Positions 24,826-38,400 of a DNA stretch of 64,000 bases are shown here, in pieces (positions within the stretch are counted from its first letter, which is position 1; every line of letters starts with the position of its first letter). Position numbers and translations under genes: made by a program. Under the pieces are notes generated by a model. That model was not told where the DNA came from, did not search any database, and saw nothing but the letters and a program-made list of their open reading frames with translations. The DNA is from Plasmodiophora brassicae (Eukaryota): assembly GCA_036867785.1 (NCBI GenBank), contig CP145413.1, positions 806,001-870,000 on the forward strand, read 5' to 3'.

Positions 24826-25265
24826 CCGGTCCCAATTCATTTTGTTATTAGCTGTGCACGGACGTTGTCGTTGGGATGCCTCGTGGAACGCAGCCGTAGT
24901 GGAGCACTGCCCATGACCTGGCGTTGCAGAAAGTTCATCTGGAAGAGGACAGCGAGATCGCCCCCTTGAATTGGGAAGCCTGTCCAAGATATCAATCCGA
25001 CCTTCAGCCCCTTCACGTCAGGGAAGCTGAACCCTAAGATCAAACAGATAAGGGCCTCTCTCCAGGCCAAACGTAAGGGGTGTACGTCGGATGGATATCT
25101 TGGACAGGCTTTCCAAGTTAAGGGGGCGATCTCGCTGTCCTCTTCCAGATGAACGTTCTGCAACGCCAGGTCATGGGCAGTGGTCCACTACGGCTGCGTT
25201 CCACGAGGCATCCCAACGACAACGTCCGTGCACATGAGTTAATAACGAAATGAATTGGGGCCGGG
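24826..25265. mobile_element. Foldback/long-TIR MITE
   Basis: About 175-bp imperfect inverted arms (about 24826-25001 vs 25086-25265) around an about 85-bp loop; no clear TSD. Confidence 0.8.
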
Positions 25266-25535
25266 CGGTCTAACGACAAACATTCGCTACATTTGGGCAG
25301 ATTTGGCAAAAGCCGGCAACGGCCAGGGGTACACGTACTGCAGGTGCGAAAAATAGGTTCGCTTTTTTCGCGTGTGCGTGCACCGTCGGCGTTTTGCCAG
25401 AGGACCACACACACGGCCTGTTCAGTGTGGTCAGGACTGCCAGTGCCGCTGGCCAGTAAGTATCAGACGCTGAGTAGGTAGCGGGCTGCCCTCCAGAATC
25501 AACTGGCCCTGTAGGTAGTGTCGTGGGCGGCCAGG

Positions 25536-26039
25536 ATGGACGCGGACCCGAACCCGTGGGCTCTAGGACTACAACGCCTCAGACAGACGCTGCGCAGGGC
25601 CGTACGCCGTCGACCACGCGACGACGACGGCGCCGTCGACGCTGCTGAGACGCCGGAACAGCGTTTGCAACGTGTCCGCCTGGTGCCCGACGACGTCCTG
25701 GTGGACCAGGAACGCGCCCCGATGGATATGGCCGACATCGTCTCGGCCCGCATTGCAGATATGAGGTCGTACCTCCAAACACTGTCTTCACCTGCAATGT
25801 CGAACGTCGAGCTGTTCCTGGCGGCATTCGAGCAGCGCATGCAGGCGGAGTCCATACCCGAAAGCATGTACGCCAGCACTCTGGTATCGTGCTGCAATAG
25901 CCGCACCGCCGAATGGATCGAGGCGAACCTGTGCCGTCTGCCGTGGCACCAAGCCAAGATCACATTCATCGATCACCTCAGCAACGGCGCCCTGTCCCGG
26001 ACCCTCATGCGAATACCTCCAGATGTTGCCTTCGAATAG
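25536..26039 (+). CDS. Small protein with a retrotransposon Gag capsid-like segment
   Basis: Single 167-aa ORF. NVELFLAAFEQRMQAESIPESMYASTLVSCCNSRTAEWI...WHQAKITFIDHL resembles the Ty3/Gypsy capsid N-terminal pattern. No pol or LTR nearby. Confidence 0.5.
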   Translation: MDADPNPWALGLQRLRQTLRRAVRRRPRDDDGAVDAAETPEQRLQRVRLVPDDVLVDQERAPMDMADIVSARIADMRSYLQTLSSPAMSNVELFLAAFEQRMQAESIPESMYASTLVSCCNSRTAEWIEANLCRLPWHQAKITFIDHLSNGALSRTLMRIPPDVAFE

Positions 26040-26412
26040 CACACGTGTACGCCAGTACAATGCTACCCTTATTAAGTTATGACCTGCGTCGGCAGTGTTC
26101 CTCGCGTCACCGTCGAACGTGCCTGACGCACGCCGGTATCGCCAACCGGGCTGCAGGCCCTCACGTCTTCGCTTCGGGCAACAGCAGCAACCGCGACGTG
26201 TATGCAGTGTGTGCATCAGGTAGGTGCGCGCCTGGAAGAACGCCAACCAACCAGCAGCATGTGCTGGGCGGGCGCCAGGCAGTCAGGCGCAGCAGTCAGT
26301 CCCAGTGGGATCGGGGCGCCCTGCCGCTCGTGTCTACCTATATAGTAATACGATCGTGTGCGCGCCCGAACCGTGGTCGCGCCGCCCACTGCGTCTGGCG
26401 CCCTCGTCCTAG

Positions 26413-29400
26413 ATGGCGACCGCTCGCCATAAGTGGATCATCGGGCGCGTCATCGAGGGCCTCGCCGTGCCCGAGGCCGCCGTCGAGGAATGCCTTCGCA
26501 CGGACGGCCCCGTCCTGGAGGAGTTCCTGACCGCCGACGTCAAGGACGGCGCCGAGGCGCGTCCCGTCATCTTCTTCTATGGGACGCGACCGGCGCCGCC
26601 GGCTGCGAACGCCAAGCCGGGGGACGTCCCTGCGGCGCCCGGCGCCGTCACCGTTCGCCTGTCGTCGCGCCCGGATGGCGACTCGGATCGCGACCGGCTC
26701 GCCGACCGGTGCGTTTATTTCGTGCGGACGCGGGACCGGCCCGTCGCGCTCAAGGTCGGATCCGATGAGACGGTCCTGTCGGGCGACGTCCAGGCCGACC
26801 TGCTCGGGCAGCTGGAAGCGACGCTGTCGCAGCTGTGCATCCCCGGCCTCCAGCAGGGCATGCAGGGCGCCGCCTCGGAAGGCGCCTGGGGCATGGTCCG
26901 CTCCGATGCCGACCGGGCCGCGTTCCTGTCGGCGGCCGCCAAGTTCGACGATGGCCTGCGACGCATCATCTCGAACATGGGCAGCGAGCTGAACCTGCAG
27001 GAGGTCGACGAACCGGTCGCGTCGATCGACGCGACGCCGTCGGCGTACGAGCTGGCCGCCAAGGACCCGTCGAACGTCGCCTACTGCATGCAGGTGCTGG
27101 CGTCCTGGTGCAAATCCATCCGCGAGTACGTCGACGAGCCGGACAAGACGGACGCGTCGCAGATCACGTCGGGCCCCGAGGTCGAGATCGAACGATGGAA
27201 CCGGCGCATGCTGACGCTGACCCGGATCGTCGAGCAACTACGCAAGCCGCACGGCCAGGTCGTCGTTGGCATTGTCGGTGCCGCGCGCAAGTTGCAGAGC
27301 TCGGCGGCGGCGGCGCCGGCCCAGGGCCAAGGCGCAGGGCACGGGCACGGTCCGGCGCCGCCCAGCACCGGCCATGACGCGCCATCCGCCGAGCGGCCCG
27401 GCCAGGGCGCCCTGCCCGGTTCCGTGCTGACGATCCTGGAGCTGCTCGACGAGTGGCGCGAGACGGACGCGGCGCTGTCGGACGCGCTGAACGAGGCCAA
27501 GGACAACGTCCGGTTCCTGGAGAACCTGCGCAAGTTCATCGAGCCGCTGTACACCGAGCCGCCCGCCATCATCAGCGAATCGCTGCCGGCCATCATGAAC
27601 TCGATGAAGATGATCCACACGCTGTCGCGGCACTACTCGACGGTGCCGCGCATGACCGCCCTGTTCGTCCGCATCACCAACCAGCTGATCGCCGCCAGCA
27701 AGAAGGAGATATACGGCGGCGAGGATGCGCGCCGCCTCTGGGACAAGGACCCGCAGGTCGTCGTCGAGAAGATCAACGGCTGCCTGCGTCTCGCCGACGA
27801 GTACCAGTCGCAGTACCGGGCGACGAAGAAGAAGCTGCTGTCCATGGCCAAGGGCAAGCAGTTCTCGTTCGACGAGGACGTCATCTTTGGCCGATTCGAG
27901 CGCTTCGGGCGGCGCCTGGAGAAGCTGGGCGACATGTTCGCGTCGATCCGGCAGTTCTCGGCGCTGGCCGACCAGAAGATTGACGGCATGGAGGCGGTCC
28001 ACGAGAAGTTCACGTCGCTGATCCAGGAGTTCAAGGCCAAGGGCCACGATTTGCTCGATTACACGAACACGGCGTTCGAGCGCGACTTTGTCGAGTTCAC
28101 GATGAACAACTCGGCGCTGGAGAACGCCATCCAGGAGTTCATCGAGCGGTCGTTCAGCAAGATCGTTTCCATCGAGCAGTCGCTGCAGCTGCTTAAACAG
28201 TTCCGCTCCATCCTCCATCGGGAGGCGCTGCAGGAGGAGCTCGACCACAAGTACCAGATGATCTTCAAGTCGTATGGCACCCAGCTGCACCACGCCCAGG
28301 AGCTCTACGAGAAGTACAAGCAGGAGCCGCCGATCGCCCGTGACTTCCCCAAGATCTCGGGCAACATCCACTGGTCGCGCCAGCTCCTGCGACGCATAAC
28401 GAACCCGATGGAGAAGTTCAAGGCGAACCCGAAGGTGTTCCACCCGAAGGAGTCCCGCAAGATCGTCAAGCACTACAACAAACTGGCGCGCGTCCTGATC
28501 GAATTCGAGACGCTCTGGTTCAAGGCCTGGTGCGAGTCGGCGGAGCAGGCCAAGCTGGGCCTGCAATCGCGCCTGATTGTTCGGCACCCGGACAACGGCC
28601 GCCTATACGTCAACTTCGACCGGCGCGTCCTAATGCTGATGCGCGAGGCCAAGAACCTGCGCCTGATGGGCTTCCAGATCCCGCCGTCCGCCTCTGTCGT
28701 CCTGTTGCTGCAGGACAAGCTCAAGGGATACTACAACGACGTGTCGCACGTGCTGGCCACGTACAATCGGGTCGTTCATCTGGTGTCGCCCGTCACCGGG
28801 TCCCTGCTGAAACCGCACCTGCTCGACCTGGAGAACAAGATACGGCCGGGCATGACGACCATGAACTGGACTTCCATGTCCATCGAGTCGTTCCTGTCGC
28901 ATGTCAAGAACGGCATCGCCCGTCTCGAGTATCTGCTCTGCAACATCAACGACATTGTCGAGAATCGCATCCGTCACAACCTGCAGACCATCGGCCGGAT
29001 CCTGCTGGTCGACATCCCATCCGACCTGGCCATGCCGGTCACCGAGTTCGTCAAGCGCCAGCGCGCGCACATCGCCAAGTGCCAGCGATTCCTCGTCCAG
29101 AAGAACCTCGAGATCGAACGGGCCGTCGACGACCTCATCGCTGCCGTCCTCGACTACCCGTTGGATGCGTTCGTCCCACGAACGTCGCCTCGCGACATCA
29201 ACAAGGTCAAGCAGTACTACTCGGGCCTGATGTACCACGCGCTGCTGTCGTGCACGCGCACCTCGCTCACCTTCCTGAAACGACGATCGTCGGAGGGGTC
29301 GGCGGCTGCCGCCATCTTCGACGTCGACCTGTCGCTTCAGGTGCCCGACGTGCGCCTATCGCCGTCGCTCGATCAAGTCCAGGAGGCGATCTGCCAGACG

Positions 29401-32400
29401 GCTCGCGAGATCATCAACTGCTCGCAGAAGATCGTCGACTGGGACTACGACGTCGAAGGCGAGACGAGGAAGGGCATCCCGTTCTACAACCGGCTGACGG
29501 CCGACAAGGGCGTTGTCGTCCAGCTGCTGTTGCTGACTGGCGCTGTCGAGAAGACGAAGGCGTCGGTGGGCGGCCACCTGGAGCGGTTCTCCAAGTACAG
29601 CTGGCTGTGGGTCAAGGATCCCGAGCAGGCGTACGCCGAGTTCATCGCCAAGAAGAACCGCGTCCTGGATGATTTCCTGGTCGAGCTGCACCGGTTCGTC
29701 GAGGTCGAGAAGGAGATCGACGGCCTGGCCGACTTCGAGCGCATGATGTCGCTGAACCTGCGAACGGAGAACCTCAAGCTGCAGCTGAAGCACGAATGCG
29801 ACCGGTGGAAGTTCCAGTTCAGCGAGAACCTGCACCAGGAGGTCAAGGGCGACCTCGACAAGCTGACCGAGAAGATGAAGGATTTCGCGACGCGCCTGTC
29901 CCGAGAGGTCAAGGACATGTCGTCGTTGAAGTTCGTCATGGACACGCTGGCCGAGATCCGTCAGGTCGAGTCGTGGATCGACATGGAATTCTCGTCCATC
30001 ACCGAACGGTACAACACGCTGGAGAAGTACCTGCCGTTCGGCGTCATCACGAAGAACGAGATGGACGAGCGTTCCGTGCTGCTGGGCAACTGGAAGGCCA
30101 CTATCCACCAGGCCGAACAGGTCCTCGACAAGGTCAACACGCTGCAGGGCCCGTTCAAGGAGGACCTCATCGTCAACATCGAGCAGTTCAAGGTCGACGT
30201 CAAGCAGTTCCGCGAGGAGTACGACCGCAGCGGGCCGATGGTGCCCAACCTGACGCCGTCCGACGCCATGATGGCGCTGAACAAGTTCAAGCGCGAATTC
30301 GAGAACCTGGCCCGCAAGTACGACCTGTACAATTCCGGCGAGAAACTGTTCGGCCTGCCCGAGATGCAGTACGAGGACCTGACGCGGACGCGCAAGGAGC
30401 TGAAGCTGCTCGTGTCGCTGTACTCGCTGTGGAAGACCGTCCTGACGACCGTCGACGAGTACAAGATGATCCCCTGGTCCGAGGTCGTCGCATCCGTCGA
30501 CCAGATGGCGTCCAACGTCGAAATGTTCGCCGCCCAGTGCAAGAAGCTGAACAAGGAGGTGAAGACCTGGGACGCGTACAAGGAGCTGTCGGCCACGATC
30601 GCCGACTTCCTCGCCATTCTGCCGTTGCTCAGCGAGCTGTCGAAGCCGTCGATCCGGGAGCGGCACTGGAAGGAGATCTCGCAGATCACCGGGAAGGAGT
30701 TCGACCTGGCCAACTTTGCCGACATGAAGCTGAAGACGGTGCTGGAGGCGAACCTGTTTCAGTTCCGCGAGGACATTGAGGAGGTCTGCGACGGCGCCGA
30801 CAAGCAACTCGGCATCGAGAAGAAGCTGAAGGAGACGGACGTGCTGTGGGGCACGATGAAGTTCGAGTTCGGCCCGTGGAAGGAGCGCGGCGACGTCATC
30901 CTGGCTGGATCCAAGGTCAACGCCATCATCGAGCAGCTGGAAGAGTCGCAGTCGGCGCTGGGCCAGATGCTGACCATGCGCCATGTGAAGCCGTTCGAGG
31001 AGGAGGCGTCCGGCTGGCTCAAGAAGCTGTCGGACGTCAACGACGTGTTGGAATCGTGGATCAAGGTCCAGCTGCTGTGGATGTCGCTGGAGGCCGTCTT
31101 CACGGGCGGCGACATTGCGCGGCAGATGCCGGCGGACACGCGCGTCTTCCTCAAGGTCGACAAGGAGTGGACGTCGCGGCTCATGGCCAAGGCCAAGGAG
31201 CTCGGCAACGTCGTAGCCTGCTGCCAGAACGAGTACATCAAGAACATCCTGCCGTCCATGTTCACCGACCTGGAGTCGTGCCAGAAGGCGCTCGACGGGT
31301 ACCTGGAGGCGAAGCGCAACAAGTTCCCGCGGTTCTACTTCGTGTCGAACCCGGCCCTGCTCGTCATCCTGTCGCAGGGTAGCGACAAGGACGCCGTCCA
31401 GTCCTGTTTCGCCAAGGTGTTCGACTCCATCGATCGGGTCGAGTTCTCCGGCAACAACATTGTCGCCATCAAGTCGCTGGCGTCCGGCTACGGCGTGCAG
31501 GACGTCGAGCGCATCCCGCTGACGACGAACGTCCCCGCCCAGGGCAACATCGAGGACTGGCTCGGGCAGCTGGAGGAGCAGATGCGGCACGCCATGAAGC
31601 ACATTGTTCGCAAGGCCGCCATGGAGCTCGCCGACTTCGACCTCAACGACCTGGAGCGCTTCGTGACTGAGTCGCCCGGGCAGGTCGCCCTGCTGGGCAT
31701 CCAGCTCATGTGGACGACGGACGTGCAGCAGTCGCTGGTGCAGGCGGCGCGCGGCAACAAGACGTCGGTGCAGAACGCGCTGCGCAAGCAGATGCAGGTG
31801 CTGTCGCAGATCTCGGCCATGACGGTCGGCGACATCCCCACCAAGATGGAGCGCACCAAGATCGAGACGCTCGTGACGATCCAGGTGCACCAGCGCGACG
31901 AGTTTCAGATGATCAACACGCTGTACAAGAAGAAGATGATCAAGTCGGCGGCCGACTTCCAGTGGCAGAAACAGCTGCGGTGCACGTGGGTCCCCGAGGA
32001 CGACGACTGCGTCATCAGCGTCGCCGACGTCAACTTCAACTACTGCTACGAGTACCTGGGCTGCAAGGAGCGCCTGGTCGTCACGCCGCTGACCGACCGG
32101 TGCTACATCTCGCTGACGCAGGCCCTGGGCATGTTCTTCGGCGGGGCGCCGGCCGGACCCGCCGGCACGGGCAAGACCGAGACGGTCAAGGACCTGGGCC
32201 GCGCCCTGGGCAAGTACGTCGTCGTGTTCAACTGCAGCGACCAGATGCGGTACACGGACACGGCCAAGCTCTACAAGGGCCTGTGCCAGTCCGGCTCCTG
32301 GGGGTGCTTCGACGAGTTCAACCGCATCGACCTGGAGGTGCTGTCCGTCGTCGCCCAGCAGATCATGGCGATCCTGAACGCGATGCGGGCGCGCCTGGAC

Positions 32401-35400
32401 CGGTTCCAGTTCCCGGGCGAGTCCGGCGAGGTCACCCTGGACGAGCGCTGCGGGTTCTTCATCACGATGAACCCGGGGTACGCCGGCCGCCAGGAGCTGC
32501 CCGAGAACCTCAAGGCCCTGTTCCGCGGCGTCGCCATGATGGTGCCGGACCGCGAGATCATCATGAAGGTCAAGCTGGCGTCGGTCGGGTACACCGAGTT
32601 CCCGATCCTGGCGCAGAAGTTCCGCGTCCTGTACGCCCTCTGCGAGGAGCAGCTGTCCAAGCAGCGCCACTACGACTTTGGCCTGCGGAACATCCTGTCG
32701 GTGCTGAGGACGGCCGGCGTCAACCTGCGCATCGAGGTCAACAAGGGCAACAGCTCCGACAAGGCGTCGCTCGAGGAGATGCTCCTGATGCGGACGCTGC
32801 GCGACATGAACATGTCGAAGCTGGTCGCCGACGACGTCCCTCTCTTCATATCGCTGCTGCACGACCTGTTCCCGAACCAGCCCGACCCGGCCAAGGCCAC
32901 CTACCCGGACGTGGAGAACGCCATGCGTGAGGCCATTGCCGCCAACAAGCTCGTGTACCACGAACCGTGGGTGGCCAAGGCCATCCAGCTGTACGAGACG
33001 TCGCTCGTCCGCCACGGCCTGATGATGGTCGGGCCGGCCGGCGGCGGCAAGACGACGGCCATCAAGGTGCTGCTCGAAGCGCTGTCGGCCGTGCGCGACA
33101 AGCACGTCCTGGTGACGATGAATCCGAAGGCGATCCGCGCCGAGGAGATGTTCGGCGAGAACGACCGCATCTCGGGCGAGTGGACGCACGGCATCTTCTC
33201 GTCGATCTGGTTCAAGTACAACGACAACACGAGGAACCACCACACGTGGATCTGCTGCGACGGGCCCGTCGACGCCGTCTGGATCGAGAACCTGAACACG
33301 GTCCTCGACGACAACAAGCTGCTGACGCTGGCGAACGGCGACCGTATCCCGATGAGCGACAACGTGCGCATGGTGTTCGAGGTCGAGAACCTGCGCAACG
33401 CGTCGCCCGCCACCGTCTCCCGGGCCGGCATCATCTTCGTGTCGGCGCAAGACCTCGGGTACGAGCCGTTCGTTCGCGCCTGGCTGTCGTCGCGCCGCGC
33501 CGACGAGTCGGCGATCGTGTCGAAGCTGTTCGACCGGTACATTGTCGAGGGCGACATCCTGTCGTTCCTGGCGCGCAGCACAACGGCCGTGATGGCCGCC
33601 TCGGACGTCCAGTACGTGACGAATTGCTTCCAGCTGGTCGAGGCCCTGCTGTCGTCGTCCGTCGAGCGCCAGGTCGTGTACAACGCCGACCAGATCGAGC
33701 GCCTGTTCCTGTACGCGCTGGTCTGGTCGGTCGGCGGCCTGCTGGAGCAGGACGACCGCGCCAAGCTGAACGGGTTCCTGGCGGGCGTGGCGCCGGCCGG
33801 GGCCATGCCGGACGCGTCCAACGGCCTGACGCTGTACGACTACGTCGTCGACGCCAAGACGCTCGAGTGGCGGCCGTGGCAGGCGCCACAGTGGGCGTAC
33901 CCGCGCGACAACTTCACCTTCTCGTCCATCCTGGTGCCCACGGTCGACTCGGTCCGCGCCGAGTACCTCATGTCGTCGCTGGCGCACATGAACCGGTCGG
34001 TGCTGATCACGGGCGGCGCCGGCACCGCCAAGACGTCGACCGTGTTCCAGTACACGAACACGTTCGTCCCCGACAAGATGGTGCTCAAGAAGATCACGTT
34101 CTCGTCGGCGACGACCGCCCGCATGTTCCAGGACTCGATTGAGGCCGACATTGAGAAGCGCCAGGGCAAGACGTACTCGCCGCCGGGCGGCCGCATGATG
34201 ACCGTGTTCCTCGACGACCTGTCGATGCCCGAGGTAAACACCTGGGGCGACCAGCCGACGCTGGAGATCGTCCGGCAGCTGATGGCGACCGGCGGCATCT
34301 ACTTCCTGGACAAGGACAAGCGCGGCGATCGGAAGATCATCGAGAACCTGCTGTACGTGGCGGCCATGTCGCACCCGGGCGGCGGCCGCAACGACATCCC
34401 GTCGCGTCTCAAGCGCCACTTCTTCATGTTCAACATGACGCCGCCGTCGCGCGTCACCATCGACAACATCTACGGGTCCATGTGCCGCGGGCGCTTCGAG
34501 ACCGTCCCCGCCCTGCTGGCCATCGTCCCGACCCTGACCGACGCCACCATCCGCCTGTGGCTGCGCGTCAAGGCCAAGATGCTGCCGACGCCGTCCAAGT
34601 TCCACTACCTGTTCAACATGCGCGACCTGTCCCGTATCTTCCAGGGCATCCTGTTCGCCCCGGTCGACGTGCTCGGCGGGACGACCGCCCGCCTGATCGG
34701 CCTGTGGCGTCACGAGTGCGCCCGCGTCCTGCAGGACAAGCTCGTGTCGATCGCTGACCAGCACTGGTTCCGATCCTGCCTGGACGAGATCACGGGCGAC
34801 GCGTTCGGCGCCGACGAAGTGCGGCAGCAGCAGGCGTCGTCGCTGCTGTTCGTCGACTTCCTGCGTCCCGACGTCGTCGACCCGGAGACCGACGAGGTCG
34901 TCGAGCTGGCGCCCAAGGTCTACGAGGCGGCGCCGTCGTTCGCCGTCGTCAAGGAGCGCATCCAGGCGTTCCTGACCAAGTACAACGAGACGCCGGGCAA
35001 CAAGGTCATGGACCTGGTCCTGTTCGAGGACGCCGTCAACCACCTGATGCGCATCTCGAGGATCATTGGCATGCCTCGCGGGTCCGCCCTGCTCGTCGGC
35101 GTCGGCGGCAGCGGGCGGCAGTCGCTGGCGCGTCTGGCCGCCTACATCGCCCGACACCGCCCGTTCCAGATCGAGCTGACGCGCACGTACAAGACGGACA
35201 ACCTGAAGGAGGACATCAAGAAGCTGATGGAGCTGACGGGCAAGCAGGGCGTCGGCGTCACGTTCCTGTTCACGGACTCGGACGTCATCTACGAGGACTT
35301 CCTCGAGTACATCAACGCCGTGCTGGCCACCGGCGAGATCTCGGGCCTGTTCCCGAAGGACGAGCGCGACCTGATGTGCGCCGAGCTGCGCGCCATCGCC

Positions 35401-38400
35401 AAGAAGCAGATGCGGAACTTCGACGACACGCCCGCCAACCTGTACAAGTTCTTCATCGACCGGATCCGCGACAACCTCCACGTCGTCCTCTGCTTCTCGC
35501 CGGCCAGCGACAAGTTCGCCGAGCGCGCCAGGCGGTTCCCGGCGCTGATCAGCGGCTGCACCATCGACTGGTTCCTGCGCTGGCCGCAGGAGGCGCTCGT
35601 GTCGGTCAGCGAGAAGTTCCTGTCCGACCCGGCCTTCGAGCTGAACTGCACGCCGGACGTCGCCAAGGCCCTGCCCGTCCACATCGGCGCCGTCCACGAC
35701 ATTGTCGTCGAGGCCTGCGCCGAGTACTTCCGCAAGTACCGTCGGCACGTGTACGTGACGCCCAAATCGTACCTGTCGTTCATCAAGAACTTCATGACGC
35801 TCTACTCGGCGAAGCTCGCCGAGATCTGCGACAAGGAGCGCCGCGTGGGTACCGGCCTGAAGAAGCTGGGCGAGGCCGCCGAGGACGTCGAGAAGATGAA
35901 GACGGTGCTGGCCAAGCAGAAGATCGACCTGCTGGAAGCGGAGCGCAACACGACTGCCATGCTGGCCAAGCTGGAGATCGGCGCCAAGGAGGCCAACGAC
36001 AAGAAGCAGAAGGCGTCGGCGATCGAGAAGACGTGCCAGGAGACGGCCGCCAACATCGAATCGGAACGCGCCGTCGCCAACAGCGAGTTGCAGGCGGCGC
36101 TGCCGTTCCTGCGCGACGCCGAGGAGGCCGCCAAGTCCATCAACAAGCAGGACATTGCGTTCATCACGAAGCTCGGGTCGCCGCCCGACCTCATCAAGCG
36201 CATCATGGACTGCGTCCTGATCCTGCTGATGGGCGGCCTGGACCCGGTGAAGCCGTTCGAGATCAAGACCGGCAAGACGATGACGCAGTTCATCGCGCCG
36301 TCGTACGACTCGTTCGCCAAGAAGCTGATGGCGAACACGAACTTCCTGCCGTCGCTCGAGCTGTTCTCCGCCCTGCAGAAGGACAACATCAACGAGGAGA
36401 CCATGGAGCTGCTCGAGCCGTACCTGGCGATCGAGGACTTCTCGCCCGAGAACGCCAAGAAGGTGTCGGGCGCCGCCGAGGGCCTCTGCAAATGGGTCAA
36501 GGCCATGTTCTCGTACCACAACGCGTCGCTGATCGTCGCCCCGAAGCTCGAGCAGCTCAAGGTGAAGGAGGCGGAGCTGAGCGAGGCGAACGCCAAGCTG
36601 CGCAAGGCGATGGAGGCGTCGGCGGGCGCCCAGGCCGAGGTCGACGCCCTGCAGGCCGACTTCTCGCGCACCATGGCCGAGAAGACCAAGATCGAGCAGA
36701 CGGCGCAGGCGACGAAGAACAAGATGACGGCGGCGAACTCGCTGATCAACGGCCTGTCCGGCGAGCGCATCCGGTGGACGGAGGATTCGCAGCGGTTCGC
36801 CGAGGTCAAGAAGCGCCTGGTCGGCGACTGCGCCCTGGCCTGCGCGTTCGTCTCGTACTGCGGCCCGTTCAACAACGAGTTCCGCAAGCGCCTCGGCTAC
36901 GAGTACTTCACGAAGGACTGCACCGAGCGGAACATCCCGCTGACCCGGCAGCTCGAGGTCACCAAGTTCCTCGTGTCGGACGCGACCGTCGCCGAGTGGA
37001 ACTCGCAGGGCCTGCCCAAGGACGACCTGTCCATACAGAACGGCATCCTGGTGACGCAGGCGTCCCGGTGGCCGCTGCTGGTCGACCCGCAGGGCCAGGC
37101 CCTGGCCTGGCTGAGGCGCCGTGAGGCGGCGAACATGCCGCCCAAGGGCACGACGACGCTGACCGACGGCAAGCTGCGCGACCTGCTCGAGTTCTGCATG
37201 GGCGAGGGGCGCGCCCTGCTCATCGAGGGCGTCGAGGAGGAGCTGGACCCGATGCTGGACCCGGTCCTGGAGCGCAACCTGACCAAGAAGGGCCGGTCGT
37301 TCTTCATCAAGCTGGGCGACAAGGTCGTGTCCTTCTCGCTGGACTTCCGCCTGTACTTCATCACGAAGCTGAGCAACCCGCACTTCTCGCCCGAGCTGTC
37401 CGCCAAGACGACCGTCATCGACTTCGCGGTGACGCAGTCGGGCCTCGAGGACCAGCTCCTGTCCCGGGTCATCAACGAGGAGCAGCGCTCGCTCGAGGAG
37501 CAGCGGCAGAAGCTGATCGAGGAGGTCAACATGAACACGATCTCGCTGCTCAACCTGGACAAGCTGCTGCTGGAGCGCCTGACGAACAGCGAGGGCAACC
37601 TGCTCGACGACACGTCGCTGATCGAGGTGCTGGCCGACACCAAGACGAAGGCGCAGGAGGTCAAGGAGAAGATCGCGTCGTCGGTCGACACGGAGAAGAT
37701 GATCAACAAGAAGCGCGAGCAGTACCGGCCGGTGGCGACGCGCGGCTCCGTCATCTACTTTGTCATCGTCGACATGTCGTCGGTGAACTCCATGTACCAG
37801 ACGTCGCTGTCGCAGTTCCTGACCTGGTTCGACTACTCGATCCAGGAGTCGCCCAAGGCGAACCTGGCGGCGAAGCGCGTCGAGAACATCATCGACTTCC
37901 TGACCTACCACGTCTACGTGAACATCAACCGCGGCCTGTTCGTCGTCGACAAGCTCGTCTTCAAGCTGATGGTGACGCTGAAGATCTGTACGACGGCCGG
38001 CGTGATCGACAGCGCCCAGGTGGCGTACTTCCTGCGGGGCAGCGCCGGCCTGAAGGGGGCGCCGCGCAAGCCCAACGAATGGCTGCAGTCGACGTCGTGG
38101 CAGGCGCTCGTGTCGCTCGCCGAGAACGTCGACTTCTTCTCCGACCTGCTGTCGTCGATCCAGGCCGACGACCGCCTCTGGAAGCAGCTGTACGACCAGG
38201 AGGCGCCCGAGCAGTGCCCGATCCCGCACTACGAGGAGCGCCTGGCCTCGAACCGCACCGGGCCCTTCCTGCGCCTCATGCTGCTGCGGGCGTTCCGCGA
38301 CGACCGCACGACGATGGCGGCGAACCTGTTCATCCGCGACGTCATGGGCGAGCGGTACGCCGTGCCGGTGACGCAGACGTTCGAGGACATCTGGGCCGTG

